From positions 31,177-95,176 of the forward strand of contig CAWGYD010000011.1 in assembly GCA_963826785.1 (NCBI GenBank): a stretch of DNA of 64,000 bases, in the 5' to 3' direction. The DNA is from an uncultured delta proteobacterium. GTDB taxonomy: Bacteria > Desulfobacterota > Desulfobacteria > Desulfobacterales > Desulfosalsimonadaceae. Made by a program: the position numbers and the translations under genes. This document shows positions 9,323 to 19,363 of the stretch, piece after piece; within the stretch, counting starts at the first letter, position 1; every line of letters begins with the position of its first letter. The notes under the pieces were generated by a model. The model did no database searches. It saw only the letters and a program-made list of their open reading frames with translations, and was not told where the DNA came from.

Positions 9323-10006
9323 ATGGGCAAATCAGTTCTGATCATCGAAGATGAAATCGACATCGTGAATCTGATCGAATGGCACCTGCGCACCGAAGGG
9401 TATACGGCGCATAAAGCCATGGACGGCATCACCGGCCTGGCCATGGCGAGGGAAAAACTGCCGGATTTGATCCTGCTGGACCTGATGCTTCCGGGCATGG
9501 ATGGTCTTCAGGTCTGCAAGTCTTTAAAAAAGGATGCCCGTACCGAGAAGATCCCCGTGGTCATGCTCACCGCCAAAGGAGAGGAAGTCGACCGAATCGT
9601 CGGATTCGAACTGGGTGCGGATGATTACCTGGTGAAACCGTTCAGCCCCAGGGAACTGCTGCTGCGGATCAAGGCCATTTTGAAGCGGCATCGGCCTGAA
9701 ACCGTTGCCCAGCGAACCGCCGGTTACCATGGGCTTCAGCTGGATCTGGACAGCTACCGTGCCTGGAACGATGAAGATGAACTGTTTTTGACGCTGACGG
9801 AATTCAAGCTGCTGCTGGAACTCATATCGAACCGGGGAAAGGTGAGAACCCGGGACCAGCTTTTAGACAAGGTCTGGGGATACCAGTTTGACGGTTATGC
9901 CCGCACCGTGGACACCCACATCCGGCGCCTGAGACAGAAAATCGGGGAGTACGCCGATGCCGTTGAGACCGTCCGGGGCATCGGATACCGGTTTAAGGAA
10001 GAATAA
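9323..10006 (+). CDS. phoB: OmpR/PhoB family response regulator PhoB
   Basis: DLILLDLMLPG receiver, KPFSPREL, RTVDTHIRRLR wHTH; pst context. Confidence 0.9.
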   Translation: MGKSVLIIEDEIDIVNLIEWHLRTEGYTAHKAMDGITGLAMAREKLPDLILLDLMLPGMDGLQVCKSLKKDARTEKIPVVMLTAKGEEVDRIVGFELGADDYLVKPFSPRELLLRIKAILKRHRPETVAQRTAGYHGLQLDLDSYRAWNDEDELFLTLTEFKLLLELISNRGKVRTRDQLLDKVWGYQFDGYARTVDTHIRRLRQKIGEYADAVETVRGIGYRFKEE

Positions 10007-11824
10007 ATGCGATCCATCAGATTCAGAACCCGGATCTTTCTCTATTTTCTGCTTGTTTTACTGCCGGCGATCTGCGTTCCAGCCTATTATCTGTACCATA
10101 CGCTCGACACCGAAATTTACAAAGAAGCCGAATCCAGCGCGTTTACCCAGCTTGGATTTCTGGAGTGGCTGCTCAAGCAGCATTCGGAATTTCAGGATCA
10201 TCAGGCGCTGGACCGATGGTGCACCCGGGTCGGTGAAAAACTCGATCTTCGCATCACCATCATCAATGCCGGTGGACGGGTCATCGCAGACTCGGGCGTC
10301 TCCTATGAAAACGTCCCGGAAATGGAAAACCATATCACCCGTGAAGAAGTGATGGCCGCGCGCAAGCAGGGAATGGCCTCGAGCATCCGGTACAGTGAAA
10401 CCGTCAGGCGAAAACTCATCTATGCCGCCATGCCCATCGATCTGGCCGATGCGCCCGGAGGCATCCTCCGGGTAGCGATTCCGCTTTCCATGGTAGAGGA
10501 GCGGCTGGCCTACTTTGCCGACCGGTTCTGGCTGGTTCTGGCCCTGGCCTTTCTGTTGACCGCCCTCATTACCTATCTTCTGGCCGGATACCTCGAGGCG
10601 CCGATCCAAAGGATTATCCAGACCACCCGGGCCATTGGCGAAGGCCATTATGATGAACGACTGGAGCCCGGCGGCAGCCTGGAATTCCAGCAGCTTTCGG
10701 TTCACATCAACGACATGGCCGACCGGATCGGACAGGACATCAAAACACTCACAGAGCAGAAGAGGGAAATCGAAGCCGTTTTTGAAGGGATGCAGGAAGG
10801 CGTGATGCTGCTCGCCCCCAACGGGCGTATCACCTCCGTAAACACCGCCCTCACCCGTATTGCCAAATGCGTGACCCCCTGTATCGGACAGCGGCCCATC
10901 GAGGTCTTCATCAATTCCGACATCCAGAACGCCTGTAATGAAATTCTAAACGGCAAACCCGATGCGCGGCTGAGAGTGGACGTGGAACAAGACGCCATAT
11001 TTGAGATCAACCTGGTCGGCATCCCGGAAGGGGGTGCGGTGGCTGTTTTCCACGACATCAGCGAACAGGTCCGCCTGGAGAAGGCCCGGCAGGATTTCGT
11101 GGCCAATGTTTCCCATGAATTGCGCACACCGCTGACCTCCATCAAGGGATATGCGGAAACCCTCCTCGAACCCGATCCCCCGCCTGAAGACATGGCCCGG
11201 TCGTTCCTGCAGACGATTGTCAAAAACGCCAACCAGATGGCCAATATCGTAAATGATCTTCTGGAACTCACCCAACTGCAGCAGAAATCAAGGGGGTCGG
11301 CACAATTAAAGCCGATCGATGCGGCTTTATGCCTGAAAAACACCTGGGAAACTTTCCTACCCATGGCAGGTGAAACGCAGATTAAACTCGATAACCGGAT
11401 TGAGGGTCCTTTATACGTGAAAGCGGAAGAAAATCTGCTGATGCAGGTATTTCGTAATCTGCTGGACAACGCAATTCGCTACAGCCCGCCAGATACAGTG
11501 ATTACCGCCGCTGCCGCCACCCGGGACGGCACCTGCACGTTTTGCATCGAAGACCAGGGGCCGGGCATTCCCAAGCGGCACCAGAATCGAATATTTGAGC
11601 GATTCTACCGGGTGGACAAGGAGCGCAGCCGGGCTTCCGGCGGGACCGGACTGGGCCTGGCCATCTGCCGGCATGCGGTGAAAGGCATGGGGGGGAGCAT
11701 ATGGGTGGAGAGCCCACCGATGGGAAAAACCCGGGGTACGGCCTTTTACTTCTCTCTTGCGATATCCGCCGCACCCGGAAAATCCGATTCCCGACAAAAC
11801 GGACCCGCCTCCGGAAAGGCTTAA
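10007..11824 (+). CDS. phoR: Sensor histidine kinase PhoR (periplasmic domain, HAMP, PAS, HisKA, HATPase)
   Basis: [42 protein letters not shown]. Confidence 0.9.
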   Translation: MRSIRFRTRIFLYFLLVLLPAICVPAYYLYHTLDTEIYKEAESSAFTQLGFLEWLLKQHSEFQDHQALDRWCTRVGEKLDLRITIINAGGRVIADSGVSYENVPEMENHITREEVMAARKQGMASSIRYSETVRRKLIYAAMPIDLADAPGGILRVAIPLSMVEERLAYFADRFWLVLALAFLLTALITYLLAGYLEAPIQRIIQTTRAIGEGHYDERLEPGGSLEFQQLSVHINDMADRIGQDIKTLTEQKREIEAVFEGMQEGVMLLAPNGRITSVNTALTRIAKCVTPCIGQRPIEVFINSDIQNACNEILNGKPDARLRVDVEQDAIFEINLVGIPEGGAVAVFHDISEQVRLEKARQDFVANVSHELRTPLTSIKGYAETLLEPDPPPEDMARSFLQTIVKNANQMANIVNDLLELTQLQQKSRGSAQLKPIDAALCLKNTWETFLPMAGETQIKLDNRIEGPLYVKAEENLLMQVFRNLLDNAIRYSPPDTVITAAAATRDGTCTFCIEDQGPGIPKRHQNRIFERFYRVDKERSRASGGTGLGLAICRHAVKGMGGSIWVESPPMGKTRGTAFYFSLAISAAPGKSDSRQNGPASGKA

Positions 11825-11837
11825 AAGGATACTTTTA

Positions 11838-12599
11838 ATGGACAACCCAACCAGAATCACCGCCCGTCATCTCAACTTCTATTATCGGGATTTCAAGGCG
11901 CTGAAGGATATCTCCATTGAATTTCAAACAAACCGGGTATCCGCCCTGATCGGTCCATCCGGATGCGGCAAAAGCACCTTTTTAAGGTGCTTGAACCGGA
12001 TGAATGACCTGATTCCCGGCACCCGGGTGGAAGGCCATATCTATCTGGATGAAAAAGACATTTACGAACCCCAGGTGGATGTGGTCAATCTCAGGCGAAA
12101 AGTCGGCATGGTATTTCAGAAACCCAATCCTTTTCCCAAGACGATCTTCGAAAATGTGGCTTACGGGCTGCGGGTAAACGAGATCAAGGATAAAAAACAG
12201 CTTCGGCAGCGTGTGGAAAAAAGTTTACGCCAGGCCGCCTTGTGGGACGAGGTCAAGGACCGGCTCAACGAGTCGGCCCTGGGTCTTTCCGGAGGACAGC
12301 AGCAGCGCTTGTGCATCGCAAGGGCCCTGGCTGTTGAACCGGAAGTGATCCTCATGGATGAACCGGCCTCGGCTTTGGATCCCATCGCCACCCAGAAAAT
12401 CGAAGACCTCATCCATGAACTCAAAAAGAAATTTACCATTATCATTGTCACGCACAACATGCAGCAGGCGGCACGGGTGTCGGATACCACCGCCTTCTTC
12501 TATATGGGAAGCCTTATCGAGTCGGGTGAAACCGAATCGATTTTTACCCGGCCCTCCCTCAGGCAGACGGAAGATTATATCACCGGAAGATTCGGTTGA
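11838..12599 (+). CDS. pstB: Phosphate ABC transporter ATPase PstB
   Basis: [40 protein letters not shown]; start set at ATG 11838 after AAGGA. Confidence 0.95.
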   Translation: MDNPTRITARHLNFYYRDFKALKDISIEFQTNRVSALIGPSGCGKSTFLRCLNRMNDLIPGTRVEGHIYLDEKDIYEPQVDVVNLRRKVGMVFQKPNPFPKTIFENVAYGLRVNEIKDKKQLRQRVEKSLRQAALWDEVKDRLNESALGLSGGQQQRLCIARALAVEPEVILMDEPASALDPIATQKIEDLIHELKKKFTIIIVTHNMQQAARVSDTTAFFYMGSLIESGETESIFTRPSLRQTEDYITGRFG

Positions 12600-12674
12600 C
12601 TTGCCATCGAGAATTCAGGTCTTGCCACCCGCACCAAGCCACATTTTTTCAGGTTTTTTAACAAAGGAGATTGA

Positions 12675-13358
12675 ATGGAACGGCATTTCATCCAGGAACT
12701 GGACAGACTGAAAATGTCCCTTCTCGACATGGCGGCGATTACCCGAAGGTCTCTGGGGAAAGCCGCCAAAGCATATATCGATCGGGATGAATCCCTGGCC
12801 CGGTCGGTCATTGACGGCGACTGCAAAATCAATGAAATGGAAACCCGAATCGATCAAATTTCCCTGAAAATGCTGGCCTTGGAACAGCCATTGGCCCGCG
12901 ACCTCAGATTTATACTGGGGGCCACCAAGATCAGCAACGAGTTGGAGCGCATCGCCGACCAGTCCGTAAACATTGCGGAGCGCACCCTTTTTCTGTGCCA
13001 GCATCCGCCGCTGGACCCCATCCCGGCCATGGATCGTCTCATCGATGTCAGCCAGGCGATGCTGGAAAAAGCGATATCTTCCATTGTCCAGGAAGATGTC
13101 GACCTGGCGCTTCAGGTGCGCGAAATGGATGACCTTGCCGATGGCTATACCCTGGAGGTGCTTTCGGAAATGATCGAGCATATGGTCCAGAGCACGCCCA
13201 CAACCGAAAGGCGGCGGTTAAACACCCGCCGATCCATCATCACCATCATCATTTCCCGATGTCTCGAACGCGTGGCGGATCTGTCGACCAACATCGGAGA
13301 GCACGTGGCTTTTATCGTCGGCGGCATCAACGTCAAGCATCAGCCGGTAAAAAAATAA
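12675..13358 (+). CDS. phoU: Phosphate signalling protein PhoU
   Basis: QPLARDLRF, ELERIADQSVNI, LERVADLSTNIGE; AAGGAG RBS. Confidence 0.95.
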   Translation: MERHFIQELDRLKMSLLDMAAITRRSLGKAAKAYIDRDESLARSVIDGDCKINEMETRIDQISLKMLALEQPLARDLRFILGATKISNELERIADQSVNIAERTLFLCQHPPLDPIPAMDRLIDVSQAMLEKAISSIVQEDVDLALQVREMDDLADGYTLEVLSEMIEHMVQSTPTTERRRLNTRRSIITIIISRCLERVADLSTNIGEHVAFIVGGINVKHQPVKK

Positions 13359-13375
13359 AAGGATTTCAAACATAG

Positions 13376-13413
13376 AAACGCCTGATCGGCACCCGGGGTG
13401 CGATCAGGCGTTT
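13376..13413. terminator. Bidirectional hairpin terminator between phoU and the convergent SYLF gene
   Basis: AAACGCCTGATCG / CGATCAGGCGTTT 13-bp perfect inverted repeat. Confidence 0.75.
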
Positions 13414-13476
13414 GCTTTCAAATCAGCGCGCGGAGACGTTCAAGCCCCACACGTGATTAACTTTTGAGTAAATGAT

Positions 13477-14379
13477 CTACTCAGTGCCGGTGCTTTCTTT
13501 CTTCTGCTCCGGCTGCTGCATCTGATTCTGCTGATCCGCCTTCTGGCTGTATTGGCTCAATACGTCGGCCAGCTGACTTCCCTGCTGGGTCTGAGGGGTC
13601 TCTTTGCCGCTCAGGATGTCCTTGGTGGTGGGGTAATAGGCACGGGTCTCCCCCTGCTGCCCCTGCTTGAAGAAATCCTCATTGGCGGTTTTATCCACTG
13701 AAATATATCCGCTGGTCAGATCGACCCCGGCAAAAAGGCCGGCTGTATCCTGGTATCCCAGAATGTCGGCCGAGGTGGCCGCCTTGGCCTTTTCTCCATA
13801 GTACCCCGCGGTAACGGACGCTTCCGCCCCGAAATCGAGGTTGCCGTCCTGAAGATCCTGCAGACTTTTTTCATTCATGAACGCCAGTACCATATCGGTG
13901 GATTCAACGCCAAGCTGGGCGCCGATGCTGGCCCCATAGAGATCCAGGAACAAAGGACCGTTCCAGTTGCCGTCCTGATGCACCATCAGGACCCCGGTGC
14001 CGTAGCGGCCGCCCACAATCAGGCCGGCTTTGGTCAGGCCCGGAAATATGGCCACTGCTTTTGCATCTTCAATCACATTCGCGGGGATCTTCTCCCCCTG
14101 CTTATCCATCATGTTCTTTAATACAGCGGTCGCCTTTTCCACGATCGGGGCCGGCGCCTGTGCCATCTCCTGGTTCTGCTGGCCTTCAGGCTGCTGAGCC
14201 TCCTCCGCTCCGGTCTGGTCCTCCATCTGGGTGTCCATGTTCGCCGGCTGGTTCTGATCAGTGCCCATGGTTTCCTGCTGGCTCTGGTCGGTCTGATAAT
14301 CCTGCGCAAACCCGGCCACCGGGAACATCAGGAGCAAGCAACCGATCAGTGCGATAAATAAACGTTTCTTCGTTTTCAT
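13477..14379 (-). CDS. Secreted SYLF/Ysc84 (DUF500) lipid-binding domain protein, paralog 1
   Basis: Signal peptide MKTKKRLFIALIG; KAGLIVGGRYGTG, GASIGAQLG, GLFAGV; Gln-rich linker and tail; AGGAGG RBS before ATG 14379. Confidence 0.85.
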   Translation of the reverse strand: MKTKKRLFIALIGCLLLMFPVAGFAQDYQTDQSQQETMGTDQNQPANMDTQMEDQTGAEEAQQPEGQQNQEMAQAPAPIVEKATAVLKNMMDKQGEKIPANVIEDAKAVAIFPGLTKAGLIVGGRYGTGVLMVHQDGNWNGPLFLDLYGASIGAQLGVESTDMVLAFMNEKSLQDLQDGNLDFGAEASVTAGYYGEKAKAATSADILGYQDTAGLFAGVDLTSGYISVDKTANEDFFKQGQQGETRAYYPTTKDILSGKETPQTQQGSQLADVLSQYSQKADQQNQMQQPEQKKESTGTE

Positions 14380-14483
14380 CTCGACCTCCTTTAACTGTTT
14401 TGGTTTCATCGCCTGGAGCATATCCGCCAGTTTACGGCCGGTAAACCGCTGCCGTAACATGCTCACCGTGTAATAACGTGAAT

Positions 14484-14533
14484 ATAGTATATAGCCGCAG
14501 ATGAAAAATGTTATGGGGCAAAACCCCTATTTT
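14484..14533 (-). promoter_or_regulatory. Conserved upstream element of SYLF paralog 1
   Basis: AAAAATGTTATGGGGCAAAA at 14504-14523 is identical to 18162-18181; ATAGTATA (TATACT -10 on minus strand) starts 20 nt before it in both copies. Confidence 0.7.
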
Positions 14534-14745
14534 GGTTGGAGAATTGATAGAAGAATCGATTTTGAAATCATTGAGTCCCGAATGATCTTTTTTTCAAGGG
14601 GCCGAAAATGCATTCAATGTGAAAAAGCAGAGGATGGGTGATTGCGGAAAAAGTGATCCGGGTTTTCACTATTTGTCATTCTTATTCGGATATTACTGAT
14701 CGTATCTTTTTGCGCTGCGTGGTCATATCAGGGGCCGGACGGAAT

Positions 14746-15477
14746 CTATAACCCGGTATCCCGATCTTTATTTTCCCGGTCAAAACAGCAGGAAATCAGT
14801 TGTTTTAATTCCGTTTCGGATAAATGGCGCCATTTCGACATCTCGAGGCCGCCCAGGCGCAGGGTGGCGATCCGGACCCGGTGGAGAGCCACCACCCGGT
14901 TGCCCACGGTTTCCACCATCCGCCGGATCTGGCGCTTCCGCCCTTCCTGCAAAACCATGGAGAACTTTTGCCTTCCCATCCGGGTCACTGCAGCCGACCG
15001 GGTTTTTCGGCTATCGATCACCACCCCCCGGGCCATCTGGTCGAGATCCTGATCGGATAAGGGAGCGGCTGTTTCCACCTCGTATTCCTTTTCATGGTCG
15101 AAGGAGGGATGGCTCAGCCGCTGGTGAAGCGCCCCGTCATTGGTGAGGATCAGCAATCCGGTGGAATCCTTGTCCAGTCTTCCCACCGGAAAGACCCGGG
15201 CATCGATATCCACCAGGTCCATGACGATCTTTTCTCCCCGGTGGCTGCAGCTGGTGATCACGCCTTTGGGTTTGTTGAGCATGATATATACGAAGGATTC
15301 CCGCCCGGCCACCGGCCGTCCGTCGACTTCCACCCGGTCTTTCGCCGGATCGATGCGGGTGCCCAGGAGGGTCACCACTTCGCCGTTCACCCGGACCCGG
15401 CCCTGACGGATATACTCTTCCCCCTTTCGGCGGGAGCAGATCCCGGCATCCGCCAGATATTTCTGCAGTCTGATCAT
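14746..15477 (-). CDS. RsuA/RluB family rRNA pseudouridine synthase (S4 domain)
   Basis: RLQKYLADAGICSRR, LNKPKG, PVGRLDKDSTGLLILTNDG, EGRKRQIRRM. Confidence 0.9.
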   Translation of the reverse strand: MIRLQKYLADAGICSRRKGEEYIRQGRVRVNGEVVTLLGTRIDPAKDRVEVDGRPVAGRESFVYIMLNKPKGVITSCSHRGEKIVMDLVDIDARVFPVGRLDKDSTGLLILTNDGALHQRLSHPSFDHEKEYEVETAAPLSDQDLDQMARGVVIDSRKTRSAAVTRMGRQKFSMVLQEGRKRQIRRMVETVGNRVVALHRVRIATLRLGGLEMSKWRHLSETELKQLISCCFDRENKDRDTGL

Positions 15478-15741
15478 CAATATTAATGCCCTCTGAGGAA
15501 CTTAATCTCAATTTTGTAAAATGTTATAATAGATTGATTCTTTAATAATTTTTATCTGTTTGGCCCGGACGATGGGCGCCCCCCTTTAATTTCTCCTTTC
15601 CTGCTCTCCTCTGCGTTTTAACCCATTTCCCGAAAAACCGCAAATGGCTGAAACCGTCGAACCGTCATGAAGGTTTTCACAATTTGGTCTCCATCAAAGT
15701 CAGCTTTGAATCACTGATAAACACGCCGTCTGGAAATTTTC

Positions 15742-15801
15742 GTAACACGATAGTCACAGATATGTTCTCATTTCTTCACATCCCTGCCATTATTTCTTCA
15801 C
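15742..15801 (+). promoter_or_regulatory. Array of six pho-box-like half-sites upstream of the porin
   Basis: GTAAC 15742, GTCAC 15753, GTTCT 15764, TTCAC 15775, GCCAT 15786, TTCAC 15797, exact 11-bp period. Confidence 0.7.
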
Positions 15802-15901
15802 ACAACACATCTATATACCCGTCTACATAGTGAATATGAGGTTCATCCGCATCTCCGGGTGATATTGAATTCAACTGAACGACCAACCGAGGAGAAGAAA
15901 A

Positions 15902-16996
15902 ATGAAAGAAAAGCCGTGTTTTTCAATTCTGTCCATGATGGTGTGCGCGGGCATGCTATTGTGCATGAGCCTTCCCGCTGCTGCGGCGCCGGTTAACGTG
16001 AGCGATTTTCTGGAGGGCATGTCCATTAACGGCGACCTGCGCATCCGATATGAGCATAAGGAAAAGGACGTCTCCGATGAGGATGCCACCGACCGGCTGC
16101 GCCAGCGGTTCCGGATCGGCATGACATGGTTCAACCCGTCGGAAAACTGGACGGTGGGCGCAGGACTGGCTACCGGCGGACTGGATGCCACCTCCACCAA
16201 CGACACCTATTCCGAAGAAACCGCATTTGAAACCGGCGATATCCGGCTGGACTACGCCTTTGCGGCGCACGAACTCAATGACAACTTCGCGTTTATCGCC
16301 GGCCAGCAGAAAAGCCCCTTTGAAACCACCTGGGCGCTTTGGGATTCGGATGTCAGGCCGGTCGGTTTCACTGCAATAGTCGATCTTAAACCCGCCTTTA
16401 TTACCGCCGGCTGGTATGATGTCCGGTACATCGACAAGGACATCGCCCAGATGGAAGCCGTCCAGGCCGGCGTTAAACTGGACATGGTCACCGCGGCCCT
16501 GGCGTTTTACAATTATCACCGGGTGGATGAATATGTGCTGACCGAAAACATGGATTCCGATTTTAAATACCAGATCGTCGATTTCTATGTGGAATCGGAA
16601 TTGAAATTGGACCCGGTCAAATTATACCCCAAGGCGCAGGTTTTTTACAATGTGGGGGCAAAAGGCCAGCCCGGACAGAGCATCCAGGATGCAAATCTCG
16701 ACCCTGAAAAAGAGAATCTCGGCTGGCTGGTGGGCATCGGCGCAAAGATCGACCGGTTCAAACTGGGTATTGATTATGCGCAAATCGGGGCCGATTCTGT
16801 CATCCCGGGCCTCAAGGACGCGGATTTCGGTGATGCACTGGGCTCCACCGATGTAGAGGGATTTGTGGTCGGCGCCGGCTTCAAGCTGACAAAGAACAGC
16901 GAGATCAATGCCACCGCTTTCCTGTACCAGGCCAAGGAAAGGGACCTGGACCAGGATCCCAAAACCTATCAGTTGGACCTGGTTTATAAATTCTAA
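15902..16996 (+). CDS. Putative outer-membrane porin (beta-barrel)
   Basis: Signal peptide, GDLRIRYE and RLRQRFRIG strands, C-terminal QLDLVYKF BAM signature. Confidence 0.85.
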   Translation: MKEKPCFSILSMMVCAGMLLCMSLPAAAAPVNVSDFLEGMSINGDLRIRYEHKEKDVSDEDATDRLRQRFRIGMTWFNPSENWTVGAGLATGGLDATSTNDTYSEETAFETGDIRLDYAFAAHELNDNFAFIAGQQKSPFETTWALWDSDVRPVGFTAIVDLKPAFITAGWYDVRYIDKDIAQMEAVQAGVKLDMVTAALAFYNYHRVDEYVLTENMDSDFKYQIVDFYVESELKLDPVKLYPKAQVFYNVGAKGQPGQSIQDANLDPEKENLGWLVGIGAKIDRFKLGIDYAQIGADSVIPGLKDADFGDALGSTDVEGFVVGAGFKLTKNSEINATAFLYQAKERDLDQDPKTYQLDLVYKF

Positions 16997-17202
16997 GGCG
17001 GGCTTCCCCAAAAACCTCCGATTCAGTGCATCCCCCATCGGAGCCGGGCCGGTGATCCAAATACCCGGAAGAGAAGCCCACCTTCTAAAAAAATGTGCCC
17101 GTAAACGAACGTTAATTCCTTCGTTTGCGGGCACACCCCTTTTGTACCCCTCTATTTCAGGTCAGAAAGGTCAATTCCAATACAGTCTAAGTCGACCAAC
17201 GG

Positions 17203-18045
17203 CTACTCACTGGCCCCCTGCCCTGCCTGATCTGCGTATTGTTTCAGAACATCAACCAGCTGCTTGGCGGCCGGAGACTGGGCTTCTTCCGCTTTTCCTG
17301 ACATGAGATCCTGAATCGTGGGATAATAGGCACGTGTTTGACCTTCCAAAGTCCGCCCGTAAGCGGCATTGGCGTCATTGTCCACTTCGATGTAACCGCT
17401 GGAAAGGGCCACTCCGGCGAACAGGCCCGCAGTATCCTGGTACCCTAAAATTTCGGCACCGGTGTCGGTTTTGACCTTCTCGCCATAGTGTCCCGCAGTC
17501 ACCGATGCTTCCGCCCCGAAATCAAGTTTGCCGTCTTCCAGATTCCGCAGGCTTCTCTGATCCATGAAAACCATGGTCATGTCCGTGGATTCGACTCCGG
17601 CCTGGGCTCCGATGCTGGCGCCATAAAGTTTGAGGAATAGCGGTCCGTTCCAGTTGCCATTCTGCTGCACCATCAGGATTCCTTTTCCGTAGCGTCCAGC
17701 CACAATCAGGCCCGCCTTGGTCATCCCTGGAAATATCGCCACCGCTTCGGCCTTTTTGATAATCTCCGTCGGGATTTGTTTGCCTGGCCTACTGATCATG
17801 TTCTGAAAAGCCGCAGTTGCCTTTTCAATTTCAAGCCCGGGATTGAGATCGGTTCCCTGGGCAGTCGTCTGATCCTGAACCTGATTTTGATCTGACGGCA
17901 GTGCCTGGTTGCCCATTTGGTTGTTGGTGTCGGGCGCCACCTGCTGATTCTGATCGGCCTGGTGAGTCTGCGCCAGACCCGCAGCCGGAAGAATCAGGAG
18001 CAGGCAACCCATCAATGCCACCCATAATGTCATTTTCGTTTTCAT
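17203..18045 (-). CDS. Secreted SYLF/Ysc84 (DUF500) domain protein, paralog 2
   Basis: Strongly similar to 13477..14379 (GNWNGPLFL, GASIGAQ, ILGYQDTAGLFAG, TRAYYPT); AGGAGG RBS. Confidence 0.85.
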   Translation of the reverse strand: MKTKMTLWVALMGCLLLILPAAGLAQTHQADQNQQVAPDTNNQMGNQALPSDQNQVQDQTTAQGTDLNPGLEIEKATAAFQNMISRPGKQIPTEIIKKAEAVAIFPGMTKAGLIVAGRYGKGILMVQQNGNWNGPLFLKLYGASIGAQAGVESTDMTMVFMDQRSLRNLEDGKLDFGAEASVTAGHYGEKVKTDTGAEILGYQDTAGLFAGVALSSGYIEVDNDANAAYGRTLEGQTRAYYPTIQDLMSGKAEEAQSPAAKQLVDVLKQYADQAGQGASE

Positions 18046-18141
18046 CGCTACAACCTCCTTTTATGGTTCATAGTTCACGCCAAGAGCACATGTCGATACT
18101 GAGGCTTGCCCCGCTCAGATGCTCTTTTATTGAAATCTGTC

Positions 18142-18191
18142 ATAGTATAGAGCGGTGAAATAAAAATGTTATGGGGCAAAAGCAGTATTTT
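18142..18191 (-). promoter_or_regulatory. Conserved upstream element of SYLF paralog 2
   Basis: Same 20-mer and same spacing to ATAGTATA and TATTTT as at 14484-14533. Confidence 0.7.
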
Positions 18192-18367
18192 GATCCGGAA
18201 CACGCAGAACTCCGATCCGAAAAAGCATTAATGAAAAGGCCATGGAAAAAATCAGAAACTGGGTGGAAATCGGGATTGAACAACCGTAGTATTATTCAAC
18301 GGCCCATACCGGGCTGAAACCGCGCATAAAAGGATTCCGGTGTTTCGCGTTTCACGGGAGGACAGTC

Positions 18368-19090
18368 ATGTCCGAAACGGATGCCATATTCTTGTCTCTG
18401 GAAGAGGCGACATCCGCCATTGCCTTCGATTTCAGCCATTACCCGCTGCAGCCCCGCCTCCTGCTTGACCTTTGCCCCCTGATTCTGGGCGATGACGCCG
18501 TTATCGTATCGGATCACCGGCAGGAAGGAATATGGATGTCCACCCCCGGGCGCAGATCCGTGCGAAAAATGAAAAAACTCAAATTTTGGGAACTCAGCGA
18601 TCTGCTGCTCAAAACCCTGGTCCGATCCCCGCCGGAACCGGAGATGCTGGCCGCGATATGTTCGCGTGTTTTTCTGACGCCGGTCCGGGTTGAACATCCG
18701 GGAAACGGCGGCAAGCCGGGGGTCCGGATCGAAACCGGGATGGCGTTGTTTACATGCCGACAATGCGGACAGTGCTGCCGGCAGCTCGATTATCATCATG
18801 AACTGTCCGAGACGGACTACCAGACATGGGTGTCTCTGGGGCGCGGGGATATCCTTAGATGGGTGGGCGTCATGAACCCAAACGGCACAGGGCGTTCATA
18901 CGGGATCTGGATAAAACCCGGAACCCGGGAATATGTCCCGGTCTGCCCCTGGCTTAAACCGGTTTCTCCGGCCGCCGGCCAATCCGCTTATGAATGCCGC
19001 ATCCACGAGGTCAAGCCGGAAATCTGCCGACAGTATCCCGGCACCCGCAAGCATGCACAGATGACCGGATGCCCGGCATTTCTCCATTAA
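18368..19090 (+). CDS. YkgJ-family cysteine-cluster protein with extra N-terminal domain
   Basis: CRQCGQCC, CPWL, CRIHEVKPEICRQYP; GGAGG RBS. Confidence 0.85.
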   Translation: MSETDAIFLSLEEATSAIAFDFSHYPLQPRLLLDLCPLILGDDAVIVSDHRQEGIWMSTPGRRSVRKMKKLKFWELSDLLLKTLVRSPPEPEMLAAICSRVFLTPVRVEHPGNGGKPGVRIETGMALFTCRQCGQCCRQLDYHHELSETDYQTWVSLGRGDILRWVGVMNPNGTGRSYGIWIKPGTREYVPVCPWLKPVSPAAGQSAYECRIHEVKPEICRQYPGTRKHAQMTGCPAFLH

Positions 19091-19115
19091 AGGTTCGCAT
19101 TTTTTGACGTGAACA

Positions 19116-19259
19116 AACCTTGATGAATCCGTAAAAAGTCCGAAGTTCGTCACTCCGGTGAAAACCGGAGTCTATAACAAGCTTAGTTTGTAGTAGATTC
19201 CGGCCTCCGCCGGAATGACAAAAGCGTAAAATCCGACTTTTTACGGGTTCATCAACCTT
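19116..19259. mobile_element. MITE-like element with terminal inverted repeats, 6-bp target duplication and internal REP-like pair
   Basis: TIRs GATGAATCCGTAAAAAGTC (19122-19140) and GACTTTTTACGGGTTCATC (19235-19253), 18/19 complementary; AACCTT direct repeats at 19116-19121 and 19254-19259; internal palindromes at 19149-19172 and 19196-19219. Confidence 0.8.
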
Positions 19260-19363
19260 AGAAGCATCAAAATCGTGAACAGCGTGCGGGGGGATCAATG
19301 GACAGGTCGACTCGGTTCCACAGAACTCCCCAAAAGAATGAATGAAGGCGGAGCACTCGATAT

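Noticed and set aside
11757..11837. N-terminal extensions in the ORF track for pstB, and likewise for 1009, 14466, 30838, 39313, 39326, 43435 and 50789
   Set aside because: They overlap neighbouring genes or lack an RBS. Downstream ATGs fit the family N-termini better.
15742..15801. Periodic repeats here and at 59661-61829 as a CRISPR array
   Set aside because: The units are 11-bp degenerate half-sites or isolated hairpins, with no identical repeats separated by unique spacers and no cas genes.
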